A DNA stretch of 64,000 nucleotides, from NCBI GenBank assembly GCA_951406725.2, contig OX597815.1:95108001-95172000 (forward strand), in the 5' to 3' direction. Source of the DNA: Octopus vulgaris. Taxonomy: Eukaryota. A program made the translations under genes and the position numbers. Below, piece after piece: positions 39,525 through 53,468 of the stretch. Each line of letters opens with the position of its first letter. Within the stretch, counting starts at the first letter, position 1. Under the pieces are notes generated by a model, which was given only the letters and a program-made list of their open reading frames with translations, was not told the origin of the DNA and made no database searches.

Positions 39525-39890
39525 CATATATATACATACATACACGTATATGTATAAATATATATGTATATATATAGGGGCATGTAAATAGAAAGATTGA
39601 TAGATAGATAGATATACATATGTCTGTGTGTTTGCATATATATATCTATGAATGTGTCATGCTTGTGTGAGAAACGTTTGTATTGAAACGATTTAATAGT
39701 TTATAAAAATTGGATATCTGCCTCTCTTCCCTTGCTCTATCTATATCTCTGTCTCTATCTGTTTCTTTCCCCCTCTATTACATATATATATATACATACA
39801 TAGACGTATATGTATAAATATATATATATATATATGGGGGGGGGCATTTAGATAGACTGATAGATAGATATACATATATACATGTGTTTG

Positions 39891-39931
<41 letters not shown>

Positions 39932-40598
39932 TTGTGTGTGCGGTAGAGGGGCTCGCACCCTTTAGGTAGCTCGCTCCATTGTTATTTTAAGTATACATGG
40001 AGTCTTTCAGACAACTGTTGAGCTATATAATTAAGTTAAAAGGTCTTGCATTGAGCATTTTTACACTAAAACTACTTTATTAATTAAAACTAACCTTTTT
40101 CTAAAAGATTGAAGAGAAACCGGTGTCGCAATTGTTATCGCCCCCCCCCCCAAGCAAGCGGGAGGCAATTTCAGGAAATTGATAATTAAACTCTCACGAG
40201 GAAATGTCTGATCCTTTTTATCAGGCCAGGAACGACAATGGAAATCTGTCATGTTATTCAACCGCATAAGCTTAGTGTTATTTAAGCAAGAGCGCATATC
40301 ATTTGATAGTTATTTCATATAGTTATGCTATTGCCAGCTTTATGGTTGTTCAAAGATAACTCATTTCGATTTTTGAATCATCAAATATCTCACAACAATG
40401 AATTTTTTCAGAAATTTCTCTCCCTTTGTAAATATCAATTTAAATGTATGCATTTATGCATGAATTCTACCACAGCACACCCAAACACGCATGTATGTGT
40501 ATGCCTCTGCATATATATAAAAGTAATTTGAATGTAATAGAATCTTACATGTTGTGTATATGTATATATATATATAAATATATATATACATACATATG

Positions 40599-40680
<82 letters not shown>

Positions 40681-41586
40681 TACATACAAAATGTATACAC
40701 ACACCCACGCACGCGCACGCACACAGAGTCTTTCATGACAAATTGTAAGACCCGAGTGTTGAAGAATTACAATTATAAAGGAATATATAATGTATAATAG
40801 CGACTCTCTCTCTCTCTCTATCTATCTATCTCTCACTCTCACACACACATACACGTACACACATATACGTATTTATTTATGTATGTATGTATATATGGAT
40901 TTATGTATGTATGTATGTGTTGCAGTGAATGTGTACACCAGCAGATAGATTTGGACTAGCTTAGGTACAGAGCCCGTGACATTGTTGTAGATATGTCATT
41001 CTACGCAAAATTTATGTAGGTAGGTTCAACTTTGTGATGTACTACTTGAAACATGCGCAAATATATTCACTATACGCATTTAAAAAAACATGCACACATA
41101 CACACAGACAAAGATACACACTCACTCACACACACGTATGTATGTGCATATATATATTTGGATGGAAGTGTGTGCGAGAAACATGATAAACGGAAACTGC
41201 AGAGGAAAGGGATAGAATATATGTCGGGGATGTGAACTTCTAAAGGAAAGCAATTACTGTCAGCTGCGGAATAAAAATTTACTGTTCATTGAATGATAAT
41301 ATTCATTCATATCACATTTATTTTTGTTCCAAAACCTAAACTAAATTATTTCAGTACGTCGGTCTAGCGTAGGAAGATTTAAGCTACGCTACGAACGAAA
41401 GAACAAAAAGTATTCCATCTTATTGACTTCGTATCTCTAAATATGTTCACATGAACATATGCACGTAGGCAGATATGTTTCCTTATTCGCATAACATGTA
41501 CATTTTATACCGATGCGTATTTGTAATGATCTCTCTCTCTCTCTTTCTTTCTTTCTTTTCTTTCTTTCTCTCTTTCTCTCTCTCCT

Positions 41587-41649
<63 letters not shown>

Positions 41650-41689
41650 CTCTCTCTCTCTATATATATATATATGTCTAATTGATATA

Positions 41690-41850
41690 TAGTTGGCTGC
41701 GTGCCCCAAAGTTTGCCTCCACATGGTTCCATGTTCAGTCTCACTGTGCGACACCTTTAGGCCAGTGTCATTTACTATAGCCTCGGGTCGACTAAACCAA
41801 AGCTTTGTTAGTGGATTTCATAAACGGCGACTGAAAAAAACCCCGTCGAA
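41690..41850 (+). mobile_element. SINE family 2, 5' part
   Basis: CCACATGGTTCC..TACTATAGCCTCGGGTCGAC..GTGGATTT. Confidence 0.7.
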
Positions 41851-41997
41851 TATATATATGTGTGTGTACATATATATCCGAAATTGCAAAGATAATCTGG
41901 AACTCGCCTGAGGGAAGAAAACTCTGAATGACCCGTCCTTGTTTTCTTTCTATCTTCTGTCTGGATGTTTTGCGTTCTTGTTCCACTTTTGTATTAT

Positions 41998-42300
41998 CTC
42001 TCTATATATAAAACTGAGAATGTGTGTGTGTCTGTCTGTCTGTCTCACTGTGTTTTTCCCTAAAACTTGAGAACTACACAACCAATTTCATTCAAATTTT
42101 ACACATGCCTTACTTAGGGTCCATATAGTGCCACGGGCAAAAAACTTCTAACTTCTTGCCTACAACAATATCATATCTTCTCCACTATTTCAGTATTACG
42201 TGTTAAAAGTGAAACAAAAACATCTCTCTATTGTAATGTCAGATACTTTCACTCTAATACTGAAACTATTAAAGTCAAACTATTATATAAGAGGGATGAA
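41998..42300 (+). mobile_element. Non-autonomous Helitron-like 5' fragment
   Basis: TCTATATATAAAACTGAGAATGTGTGTGTGTCTGTC start and CCAATTTCATTCAAATTTT motif. Confidence 0.55.
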
Positions 42301-42436
42301 CCATTAAGAGTGAACATCCATTTTGCTAAAAGAAGATCCGCTATGGTCTTGTATGCTACACCACTGGTTTTCAATTCATATCAATCAAATTAATATTCAA
42401 TTTCTCACCCTTATTATTTTAAATTTAAATTTAAAC

Positions 42437-42581
42437 CCAGAACCATGTGTTTTGGACCGAAGTGTGTTACCACACAGCCACACATGCACCTATGTATGTG
42501 TGTGTGTATGTGTGTATAGCTGTATATGTATACATTTATTTCTATACATAAAGATGTATATGTATACATGTATATGAGTAG

Positions 42582-42616
<35 letters not shown>

Positions 42617-43010
42617 TGTACACATATAAATTCACATATATACGTGCATACGTATATACACCCATACACACATACACACACACACAGCTGCAGGTGTAGC
42701 TGTGTGGTAACAAACTTCGTTCCAAAACACATGGTCCTCAGTTCAGTCCCAATGTGTAGTGACTTGGCATGTGTATTCTGCTAGAGCCTCAGACCAACCA
42801 AATCCTTGTCAGTGGATTTTGTAGACAGTAACTGAAAGAAATCAATCGTATATATATATGTATGTATATATTTAAGTGTATGTGTGTGATTGTTTCTGCG
42901 TTTCAGAGTCATCATTGCTTCACAACTGCTCTTCGTTTTTTTACATCCCCATAACTTACTGGTTTCAAAACGAAGAAACTAATAGAATAAGTACCAGGCT
43001 TATCAACATA
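42437..43010. mobile_element. SINE family 2 head fragment (-, 42437-42490) back-to-back with a SINE family 2 copy (+, 42686-43010)
   Basis: TTACCACACAGC versus GCTGTGTGGTAA; ACCATGTGTTTTGGA versus TCCAAAACACATGGT. Confidence 0.7.
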
Positions 43011-43053
43011 AAAAAACCCCACTACGCTGTGTCTCATATTTTTCTTTGGCCAC

Positions 43054-43139
43054 TCAGTTGTATCTATCAATTTATCTTTGTGTGTGAGTGTATATATATA
43101 TATACTCACACACAAAGATAAATTGATAGATACAACTGA
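43054..43139. repeat. Perfect 36-bp inverted repeat around a (TA)n spacer
   Basis: TCAGTTGTATCTATCAATTTATCTTTGTGTGTGAGT and its exact reverse complement at 43104-43139. Confidence 0.95.
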
Positions 43140-43165
43140 TATATATAATACACTCACACACGCAC

Positions 43166-43211
<46 letters not shown>

Positions 43212-43231
43212 GTATGTATATGTGTACATTA

Positions 43232-44894
43232 ATATTTATTATATCAAAGACAATGTCTTTATGTGTTCGTGTATTACTTATACATTCGAAAATTGCTGCA
43301 CCGATCATAATGAAATTTGGAACACAAAATCCAAGCCTAGGGAGAAGAGTAATGCTGTGTGTTTCATACGTCATGGACCAAAATTACTGAATGGATCCCT
43401 ATAATATTTGAAACTTAGATTCAATGCATAAGGTCGGGTATAATGCGATATGTTTGGTTTGAATTTCAGATAGTTTAAAGGGGGCAGAACCCCCAAGGAA
43501 ATTCATAAATTTTCGATGTTGATGAAATTTCAACCATGGGTTATTGACACACATCAAGAAGTATTCTCAAAGTTTCCACTTCACATGAGGATTCTAAGAC
43601 ACCCAAATGGGGGCCTTAACTCCCAAATTTTAGTCATTTCTTTTATGATCCAAAACTAAGTCAAAAGTACTGAATGGACCTTACGAAATTTGGAAATTAT
43701 ATTCTATGCATAAGGGCCACAACCTCCATGACAATGCATATATTTTTGCTGTTGATGAAATTTTAACCATAGATATTAGATACAAATAAAGTAATATTTA
43801 TAAAATTTCATCTTCTTACAAGTTATAAAGAAACCACCATGGGGACTTAACACCCATAATTTTCTCATTTTATCTAAGCAAAGACGAATAGTTGTACTCT
43901 TGGAAGCTGTGGGGTCATCCAAGCATAGAAGATGCGCATTATTTGTAATTCAATGGTACAATAGTGTAAGAGTTTGCTTTGACATACACTTACATTGTGA
44001 TTTCTGCAATGTGCTGCATAAATTGTCAAGTAAATGAGAGGCATCTTTGCCTCCACTGATTCAGTTGCAAAGTGTTGAGTAAAGTTATTTGATTGCAGAT
44101 CTACTTTCAGTCTTTTTATTATTATTATCACTGGATCACGCATAGTCTCCAGATGGTAACATTGATTTCAAGGCCTTCCCAGATGAGTGACTGGTTATTC
44201 AAAGACATTTATAGATTGTAAATCTATTATGCCCAGTTACATATCAGTATAGTGGTCATTTGCAAACTGCAACTTTCATTTCTCCTTAGCCCTCACGTCA
44301 CAGAGTTGTTAATGTTTATTTCAGTTGGGTCACACCCTTCCAATTGCTATAAATTCGTAATGCATCTTACTGCTGTGCCTGTCACCTGGATGGTGAGGAA
44401 TCCTACATTGGGATTGGTAACGTCTAGTGTACTGTAGCTGACTGCTTTTGTGATCATTCGTCTTTTGGTTTCCTGTAGCTTTGCTCTCTTTTACAAACCC
44501 AGTGAACATATATTTCCTATTTCAAAGAAATTCAAACAATAGATATAAGACCCAAGTAAAAAAGATTCTCAACAATTCAACTTCTGTGGTTGATATTAAG
44601 ATGCCCAACCCAACAGGGCCTTAACTCTCACATTTTAGAGCTTTATGACCTTCATTTTCAGGAGCAAAATCTTTTTAACGTTCAATAAAACTGGAATTTT
44701 GGAATGCATAAAAATCAGTAATATGGGATATATGTGGCACGATTACAATTTTTGGGGGGTCTGTAAAGGAAATAACCTTCATCTGCAATTTTGATGAAAT
44801 TCGAAACATAAATATTCCAGTTCATTGAAAATATAACAGAAAAGTCTAATTCTTCAATTGTATGTAACACAGGCAACGCCCGGTATCTCTCTAG
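43232..44894 (+). mobile_element. Non-autonomous Helitron with internal sub-repeats
   Basis: 3' hairpin remnant CAGGCAACGCCCGG followed by CTAG|T at 44891-44894; repeated TGAAATTT motifs. Confidence 0.7.
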
Positions 44895-44920
44895 TGTATA
44901 TATATATATATATATATATA

Positions 44921-45264
44921 ATAATAATAAGAGTAAATAATTTCTATAAAGGTTTTTAAAAAAACCACAATTTTACTGTAGAATTCGTATGTAAATATGC
45001 TCTCTTTTACAAACTTCGTAAAGTTCAGTAAGAAAAAGGGACAGGCAACAGGTTGCTTGACATACCAAAAAATAGAAATAGCAGTCAAGAATGCTTATTT
45101 CTATCAAAGTGGGACTCCGGCACGACAAACCCTGTAATTCACATATGCAAAACAGAAGGAATAGATATAGAAAACGAAGTCTGGTGGTTATCTGTGAATT
45201 CTACCAGTAAATAATTGTGGTTTTTTTAAAAACCTTTATAGAAATTATTTACTCTTATTATTAT
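44921..45264. repeat. Inverted-repeat element with perfect arms of about 52 bp
   Basis: ATAATAATAAGAGTAAATAATTTCTATAAAGGTTTTTAAAAAAACCACAATT versus the reverse complement at 45213-45264. Confidence 0.85.
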
Positions 45265-45536
45265 ATTACTAATTGGATTTTTCACTCCCTTACGACAACC
45301 CAATAGTTCCTACTCATATGGAACTATTTTTGTGGTGCGCATGGCAAAATTTTGGAGGGAAGATTTACGAATTCAAACGTCTATGTAGGTTTAGCTTTTG
45401 CTCACTTTCTTCAAATATTTTGATGTCGCATGGTCAGAAGGTTTGAGGTACGTAGCATTTGATAAATCTATGATAAATCTATTTCAATGGAAAGCTGTGC
45501 TGAAGAAGGATGTGAAATATATATGCAATGTATATG

Positions 45537-45567
<31 letters not shown>

Positions 45568-46051
45568 CGTGTGTGTGTGTTTGTATATGTGCGTGTGTCC
45601 ATGTGTGAGTGTGTCTTTGTGCCCCCTCCTACCCGCCGCTTGACAATCGGTGTTGTTGTATTTGCGTCCCCCTTAGCAATTCGGCAAAAGTAATCGATAG
45701 AATAAGTACCATGATATAAAAAAGTAATAGTGTAGATTCATTCTATTAAAATTTTACAAGGCTGTGCCCCAGAATGCTTGCAGTCATTAAACTGCAGCCA
45801 TGCAGTCTAATGATAAAGATGTATATCAAAAGTTAAAGGGATATACATTTGAATGTTTTATATTTAAAGTTAACAGGATACACAAGAGTGAATATAAATT
45901 GAGAAATTAAGGAAAAGAAATCATGTAAAACAGGAAATATGTATCGGTTCTGGAGACTTGTTCATATTGGAATAGAAGAAAAATTGAAAAAAAGATTAAA
46001 TATAACATTTATAGATGTGTGTGTGTGTGTGCACACGTTTGTGTGTGTGTG

Positions 46052-46088
<37 letters not shown>

Positions 46089-46691
46089 GTATTTACACGC
46101 GCTTGTGGGCATATGTTTGTAAATGACCATATCATGTGTGTTGCTGAGTGTTTGTATATACATGCGTACATACATACGCTACAGAACTACCAGTTAAGTG
46201 GATCGTTAAGCGAGAAAACGACGAAGACACACACACACAGACACACATACACACAGCCGCACACCCAGTCGCATACACAGCCGCATAGACGCACTCACAC
46301 ACACACACACACACATATAATCCACCAAATTTAGGGAATGTAGGAGATAAGATCCAGGCTATATATATTTTATAGCTAGTAGTAGTAACTACCCAAACGA
46401 GGAGAAATCCGCTAGCTACTCATCAGGTCAAAGATACCTTAGTCAAATGACGTTATCAAGACATTACATACTAACTAGCAGGAGGTTTGATTTACTCCGA
46501 TTCTCAGATTTGTATATTCATTCGCATACACAAAACCCCCAGCTACTAACCATGGACTATAAAAATGTTCAACCTTCTACGTCAATAAACTACTATTGCT
46601 CCTGAATGTTATTTTTTATACTTCACACGGACTGCTCGAAACTTACTACCTCCGTACACCTTGACCACAAATCTTAATTGTACGTATTGCT

Positions 46692-46798
<107 letters not shown>

Positions 46799-47086
46799 CA
46801 TATATTTCCGTATGCGTATGTATAGGCATTTATATATACACGTATCTTTGTGTACAAGAATTATAACTAAGTATGAGGAGTGTATGAAAAATCTTGGCCC
46901 TCAAAAAAGCAAACATGCTACAAGACTTCTGATGAAGGTACAAGGCTATATACACACACGCACACACTCACTCACACCCACTGACACACACTGACACACA
47001 CAATAAGTATATGGTTAAGAAGCGTGTTTTGCTTAACTTTACTCTTAGAATGTGCTACCTTATGGCAATAAGCAACACGCTATTAA

Positions 47087-47297
47087 GGCGATGAACTGGC
47101 AGAAACGTTAGCACGCCGGGTAAAATGCTTATCAACATTTCGAATGTCTTTAGTTTTGAGTTCAAATTCCGCCGAGGTCGACTTTGCCTTTCATCCTTAT
47201 GGGGCCATAAATTAAGTACCAGTTGCGTACTGGTGTCGATCTACACGACTGCACCCCTCCCCAAAATTTCGGGACTTGTGCCTAGAGAAGAAAAGAA
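47087..47297 (+). mobile_element. SINE family 1, full-length
   Basis: High similarity to the 30856 copy. Confidence 0.9.
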
Positions 47298-48459
47298 TAA
47301 GCAATGCACTATACTATGTTCTGTTAGTATGCTGATTGCTACTTATATACTATTTAGAATTTCCGTTTTAGAACTAAATGTATGCATTTATGTATCCAAG
47401 AAAATCTAGGAAAAGTGCTGTGAATACAAAAAGCAATAAACGTCAATATACAGAAGAGCAAAAAATGTTTAATGATTTAAATTGGGTTACGTCTAGATGA
47501 AAAGAAGAAACACGGAAATAATATACATTTTGAAAGAATAGAAAAATCCTGAGATGAAAATTATAATCATATATATGATTTTGAATATATACTTAAAAAA
47601 TAATCATTCACCTTCTTATATTCTCTCTCTCTCTCTAGGCATACATCTGTATATATAGATGTGTGTATGTATGTATACGTTTGAGTGCACGTATTTATAT
47701 AAGTAAATATATAAATATGCTTATATAGATATGTGTGTACGTATGTGTAAAGAAAGAAAGCAGGGAGAGATATTATTAACTGACCCAAGAAAGCCAGATT
47801 TATTTTAATATATTACACATTCTTTTCATTTTAATTTGAATATACTAATATGTCTTCATAATAAAAGCTATTCTTAGTGAGAAAAATCTTGGAGGTCTGA
47901 TGCTCGACTGGCTTTGAATTAATATCTAAACCGATTACTCCAAGGTATAGTCTTAGCATATTGAAATTGTTTAAGCTCACACGTATATAACTAGTGGCCG
48001 TGAGCATATATTTGCTGATGATAACAATTAAGTTAGCGCAATAAGGAGACCACGAGCCATTGAACGTGGATTAATATTGTTCTTAACCTGACTTTCTCGT
48101 ATTCCTTCTAGTCGCTGGAATGTATATTGTTCAACAAAATATTGTAGTGATATTTCATTGCTGTCGTACGTTATTACCTTATATTGCTTGTCATTATTCA
48201 TTGGCCATGTTGACTTGATTTAATATAAATTGTAATTTTCTATTATAACTAATGGAGAAATCAATAACCATAAATATTTTTGAAGAGAATTGGATTGTTG
48301 TTTACCCTTCGCATATGTGATATATGTGGCTATGACATCAGTGAGACAAAACAACTCGTATGGATATCTCCCAAATTAATATTGATGAGAAAGTATACAT
48401 TACTTGAAAATACAAAATATAAACAGGAAGAAATAATTCATATATTGTATATGTATTTA

Positions 48460-48672
48460 AGGCAGCAAGCTGGTAGAATTTTTGGAACGCTAAGCAAAAT
48501 GTTTAGTGGCTTTACGTCCGTCTTTAAGTTCTGGGTTTAAATGTCGTTGAGTTTGACATTGCTTTTCGTCTTTCGGAGTAGATAAAATAAGTACTAGTTG
48601 AGTGCTAGAATCGATGTAGTCGGCTGGCTCTCTTCCCGAAAATTTTAGGCCTTGTGCGTATAGTAGAAAGAA
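48460..48672 (+). mobile_element. SINE family 1, diverged
   Basis: Head, central domain and GGCCTTGTG..TAGTAGAAAG tail recognisable. Confidence 0.75.
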
Positions 48673-49396
48673 TATTGTACATATATTTATAAGTTATATT
48701 TTCATTCAAGCTTTTTAAAGTTTACGTATGCAAGAAACAACTCCTCCATCAAAAATATTGTTTATCAAGTTGAATGAAATGTGAACGCCATGCAGATCAG
48801 ACTATTAATATAATTTATTTTGCCAACATTTTACGGTAGATTTTATCGCTTATTTTTTGCATAAAAATCTATCTATATTTAGTATACAGTAAACATAAGT
48901 AGAATGATTATGTAGTTTACAATAATTATAACTAAAAGAAAACGTTATTAGATTCAACAAAACTTTCAAAATGAACTACTACGTCTATACTAATCTAACT
49001 TTCAGGACTACTTTTTCATACTTGCACAAATGAACCTGCGCATTAACATGTAAACAAACTCTGGTTTCTTAACCTTAATATAACCAATTTATCATTTGCT
49101 GTCAAATCGCTTTTTATGCATCATTTACTATCAGACACCCCCTCCTGCGAATCTTTATCACACTTTCCTCCCCAATCCACTCTATAAACGTTCGTATTTT
49201 TTCTTTCCTCATAATCTCCCATTCTTTTCCTTAACTTTTTTCTCCTAGCATACTCCTTTATACCACACATAATTTGCATTCATTGCTCCACCCATTAGAT
49301 GAAATCCGTCAAAAGAATATAAGTCTAGGAAAACAAGCATTAATTTACTGCCTGATGAGAGTTATTAATCGAAGGATCGGAATCACTGACGACCCT

Positions 49397-49484
<88 letters not shown>

Positions 49485-52058
49485 TTATAAAAAAACATTT
49501 ATAGATGCATGTGTGTCTGTGTTGCTATCATCGTCCTACTTTCAAGTATAACTATCGTCGATGAAATGTCTCCTCATAATCGGTGTTTAAGACGACAATG
49601 ATATTCAACATTTGGAATGACTATGTCTCTCATTCTTAGTTACCAACACTACGTCACACACACACACACACACACACATGCGCACAACCACACTAACACA
49701 CACACACTGACACACACACACACACATATACACACATACGCACACGAACATTGAGAACACGATTATTTTCAAATTTGTTCTTTTTTGTATTTGGGGTTTT
49801 CTCTTCCATGTATGAGATTCTTGTTCGTTTGTGAGTTGAAAAAAATTGATTTTATCAATACATCCAGACTATCTCAACATCATTTTCAGGATATGTTATT
49901 GGCAAATTTTGTTTATGCAAACTTCACAATTTTACAGTTACGTAAGCATTCACTACCTTTTAGTAGATATATGCAGTTTTTGTAATTTAAATGTTCATGG
50001 CTAGAAATGCAGCCTAATCAGTTTTGTTTCGGGTGTGGGATTTTAGGGTTAAACTATTCTCTAGGTCTTCCTTAAAATTATTTACTTTTCTGATGTGTTC
50101 ATTAAAAATGGTATGTCCTCTATGTATATAGTATAACCTCTGTATATATAATCATACTATATACTATATATATAGTATAATTAAGCGCTAATATTTTGCA
50201 ATTATTTTCTCTTGTGTTGCTCGATAAAATATGGAGAAAGCAATAAAACAAATCCTCTATGTAAATAATTATTCTATATACTATATATATAGTATAATTA
50301 AACGTTTGTGTTTTGGAATTATTTTCTATTCTGTTATTGCTAGATGGAATCTAGAGAACGCAATAAAGGAAAGCTAGACAAAAAATATCAAAAAGTAATA
50401 AATCCATATTTTATAGCATTCTCCAGAGAAATAGGCAACAAATTATGGAAACAAGTCTACAATTAACTCGTCAAGGCCACAATTAACTCGCTAAGAACAT
50501 AATCAGCACAAACAAGATAAACACTTTACCGATAGCATATAATTCTAAGGGTGAAAGTACGACCCTTCTGACATGGAGGTTTGACGATGTAATGGTCATC
50601 TTGTTAGCTTTAAAAACTAGATAAAGGAAAGATTGGCTGTAAAATCTGCATAAATGAAATTGCCGATTATAATGAAAGCTGCATAGAAGCCGACTCTAGT
50701 TCATGTCCTGAAAATGATGCTGAAGAGAATACTTGGGAAAGTTGATAAAATGAATTTGGAAAATTATACATTTTCAAACGAACTTCCAGGGGCCGATATA
50801 CAAGAGAATAGAAAACAGCAATTATGAAAATCGTCGAGTTTTCAGCATATGTCTAAAACAAAGTTGTTGCTATATAAAAAAATATGCATGTATATATGCA
50901 TATACATATGTATACGCGTACATATGTTTACACATACATATATGTACGCGTATATATGTTTGTATGTATGAATGTAGTATGTATGAATGTAGTATGTGTG
51001 TACGTATGTGCATTCGCGCGAGTGAGTGTGTATGTATGCACATTGTTTAAATGTTGAATAAATTCTGGATTACAATTTCTTTCTTTCCAACTCTCATTCC
51101 CTAGAATGTCATTAAGATATATTGCAAATCGTATTGATTATGGAATAAGAGAGAGAGGGGGGAGGAGAGACAGACAGACAGAAGAAGGAAAGAGAAAGAG
51201 AATTGTGAGAAACACAAATAGAGAGTATTGTGTGGCAGTTAGAATGACAGGAATGCCATAAATAACAAGATGAAGGATTGTTAACTAATAAATTTGAAGT
51301 CTGGGGAAGAAATGGCATTCGTTTAAATATTTAACCTCGATTGCTCTTTTATTTTATGTATGTTGTATTTTCAACGTCACACTTTCTAATCTGAAAGTCC
51401 AAATACAAAAATCTATAAATAATAATCCTGAAGTTATTCAACTTTAATTGTCTACTCCATATGTGGCACTGATTCTATAGTTCTTTGTAGTTGTTATATT
51501 CTCTAATTCTTTAAAATGTCTTTAATAATATGCGTGTATGCATGCCTGTGTGTTCTCGAACACCACGATACTGTCTTAAGGTATGAGGTATTAGACAGAG
51601 TGACCCTAGATACGCTATACCGGAAAACTCATAGAGTGATATGTAATAAATGTACTCAACCAGATTTGCGAGTAAACAACGCTAACGACAATTAAATAAA
51701 TAAATGAAATACATAAAAACAACCCGCTTAAATATTTTATGGCTGCGCCGATTGTGAATTTATCTCTCTTCTCTACACTTGATTTATACTCGGCCTGTAT
51801 GAAGACATCTTTAACATTATTTTACTGCTTGTAAAGATTTTGGCCATGAAATCCTGCTTTGTTTAAGTACATGTTTTTATTATTTTGTTTAGCTTTAATA
51901 TTTTCGTATAATTTCAATTGTTCATATTTATAATATACTTTTCTTTAATTTTGTGAGACAGATATTGTTCTAGTTTAATTTATGACATGCAGGCGACGAA
52001 TTAAGCGACGGTTTACACTCCTTTCTCTCTGAAGCTGTTATTTTCTCTCTTGGTCTTA

Positions 52059-52099
<41 letters not shown>

Positions 52100-52129
52100 C
52101 ATGCATAGACACATACATACATACAAAGT

Positions 52130-53130
52130 ATGAGGGTTTAGTTCAAAGGTGATCTGATCGCTAGGTAAGTGCTGTAAACGGATTACCGGGGATCCAAGGT
52201 TATAGTGGATACGGTAGTTATGGAGCCACTGTAGATTTCGATATAGCGGATATATAATCGTTAAAGAGGACAACCAACAACCGTTAACACAAGACAAGCA
52301 TCTCAAGTCACATACGTTATCATCATTTGAAAAATTCAAAGTCTTACAGCTGTTTCTGCGATTTCCCAGAGTATATGATATTCTATCATCAGAGACAAAT
52401 AGGGAAAATGAGAAGAGTATAGATTAATGAAACGACGACGCAGAGGACAGGAGAAAGGGAATGAGGAGATGAAGTAGAAGAAAAAAGAAGCATAAATGTT
52501 CAAAGTTCAAATTTCGATACACAGATATTGTTTTTTTTTCAGCTGAGTGGGGGTGTTACATTCACTTGTTGGAAAATATAAGATCACAGACCGTGTCGTA
52601 CAGCCAGCTGGAGACGATGTCTCATGGGGATAATTTACAACACCATTCGTCCTAAACCAAGACTGCCATGTTATGTTGGCAAACAATCTTTACTCCAAAC
52701 AGACAGAGAATAAGAAAAAGCTTTTGGAGCTAGCGGTCAATCATAGCAGCTGGATATATACATACATACACACCGAATGTTTAAAGATTTGAAGTTGTTA
52801 CATGTTCCACATCTGTTATCTCCACAGTCCTTTGCAGAGAATTCTGGAATTCTCTCATGTGAATTTTGACCTTGTGAGGTATTTTTCTCGATATTTTGAT
52901 TGACATTTACTGTTTCGTAAAAGGTTTTCATCAATCTGATTTTTACATTTTGGGGGTTTGCAGGAGTATTGGTAGGTTCGTTTTTAGAGCAATAAAAAAT
53001 GTTGGTTACTCCAGAATTGTGTATATTGATAAGGAGAATAGTATTTTTTTCTTTTCTCTTTCGTCTTCTCATTTGTGTGACGTCCAGCTTCATCGCCTTT
53101 GTAATTCACTAACTGGCCCCGTACCGTAGA
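52130..53130 (-). mobile_element. Penelope-like element 3' remnant (RT-endonuclease linker and pLTR region)
   Basis: KDCGDNRCGTC Cys motif typical of the linker before the GIY-YIG domain; downstream hammerhead motif; ends at a (TATG)/(TA)n tract. Confidence 0.7.
52341..52396 (-). ncRNA. Type I hammerhead ribozyme motif with canonical core
   Basis: GUCU-CUGAUGA-(29 nt, weak stem II)-GAAAC-AGCU-GUA-AGAC; stem I GUCU/AGAC; palindromic ACAGCUGU helix III. Confidence 0.7.
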
Positions 53131-53354
53131 AATGACGACTAATTGTAGTATGTTATATATAAAATTCAATGGTAAATCAAATTAATACATTTCTCAATGG
53201 TATCTAGAGGTTACCTTTTGAGATGTGACATCGATCATTATTTGTTACTGAAAGAACACTGATTCAGACATACAAACATTCACATATTTCCCTTGTACAC
53301 GCACCCTCAAACACATACACATATACTCACTCAGAATTTGGATTTTTAATTCTC

Positions 53355-53468
53355 TTTCTGTTTATTTCATCGTGTTCTTTTCTGTTGAAGATCGTAGGTT
53401 CAAAACGTTAAAGACTTTCTCACCTTCCCGAGCGTTAAACTGATACATCTGTTTGTTGTTTATACACC
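53355..53468 (+). mobile_element. Family A hammerhead-bearing repeat, degenerate copy
   Basis: Similar to 140-293; GAAA box mutated to AAAA. Confidence 0.6.

Noticed and set aside
50115-50370. Diverged tandem duplication of about 125 bp (also micro-duplications at 6790-6900)
   Set aside because: Ordinary local slippage duplications with no further structure
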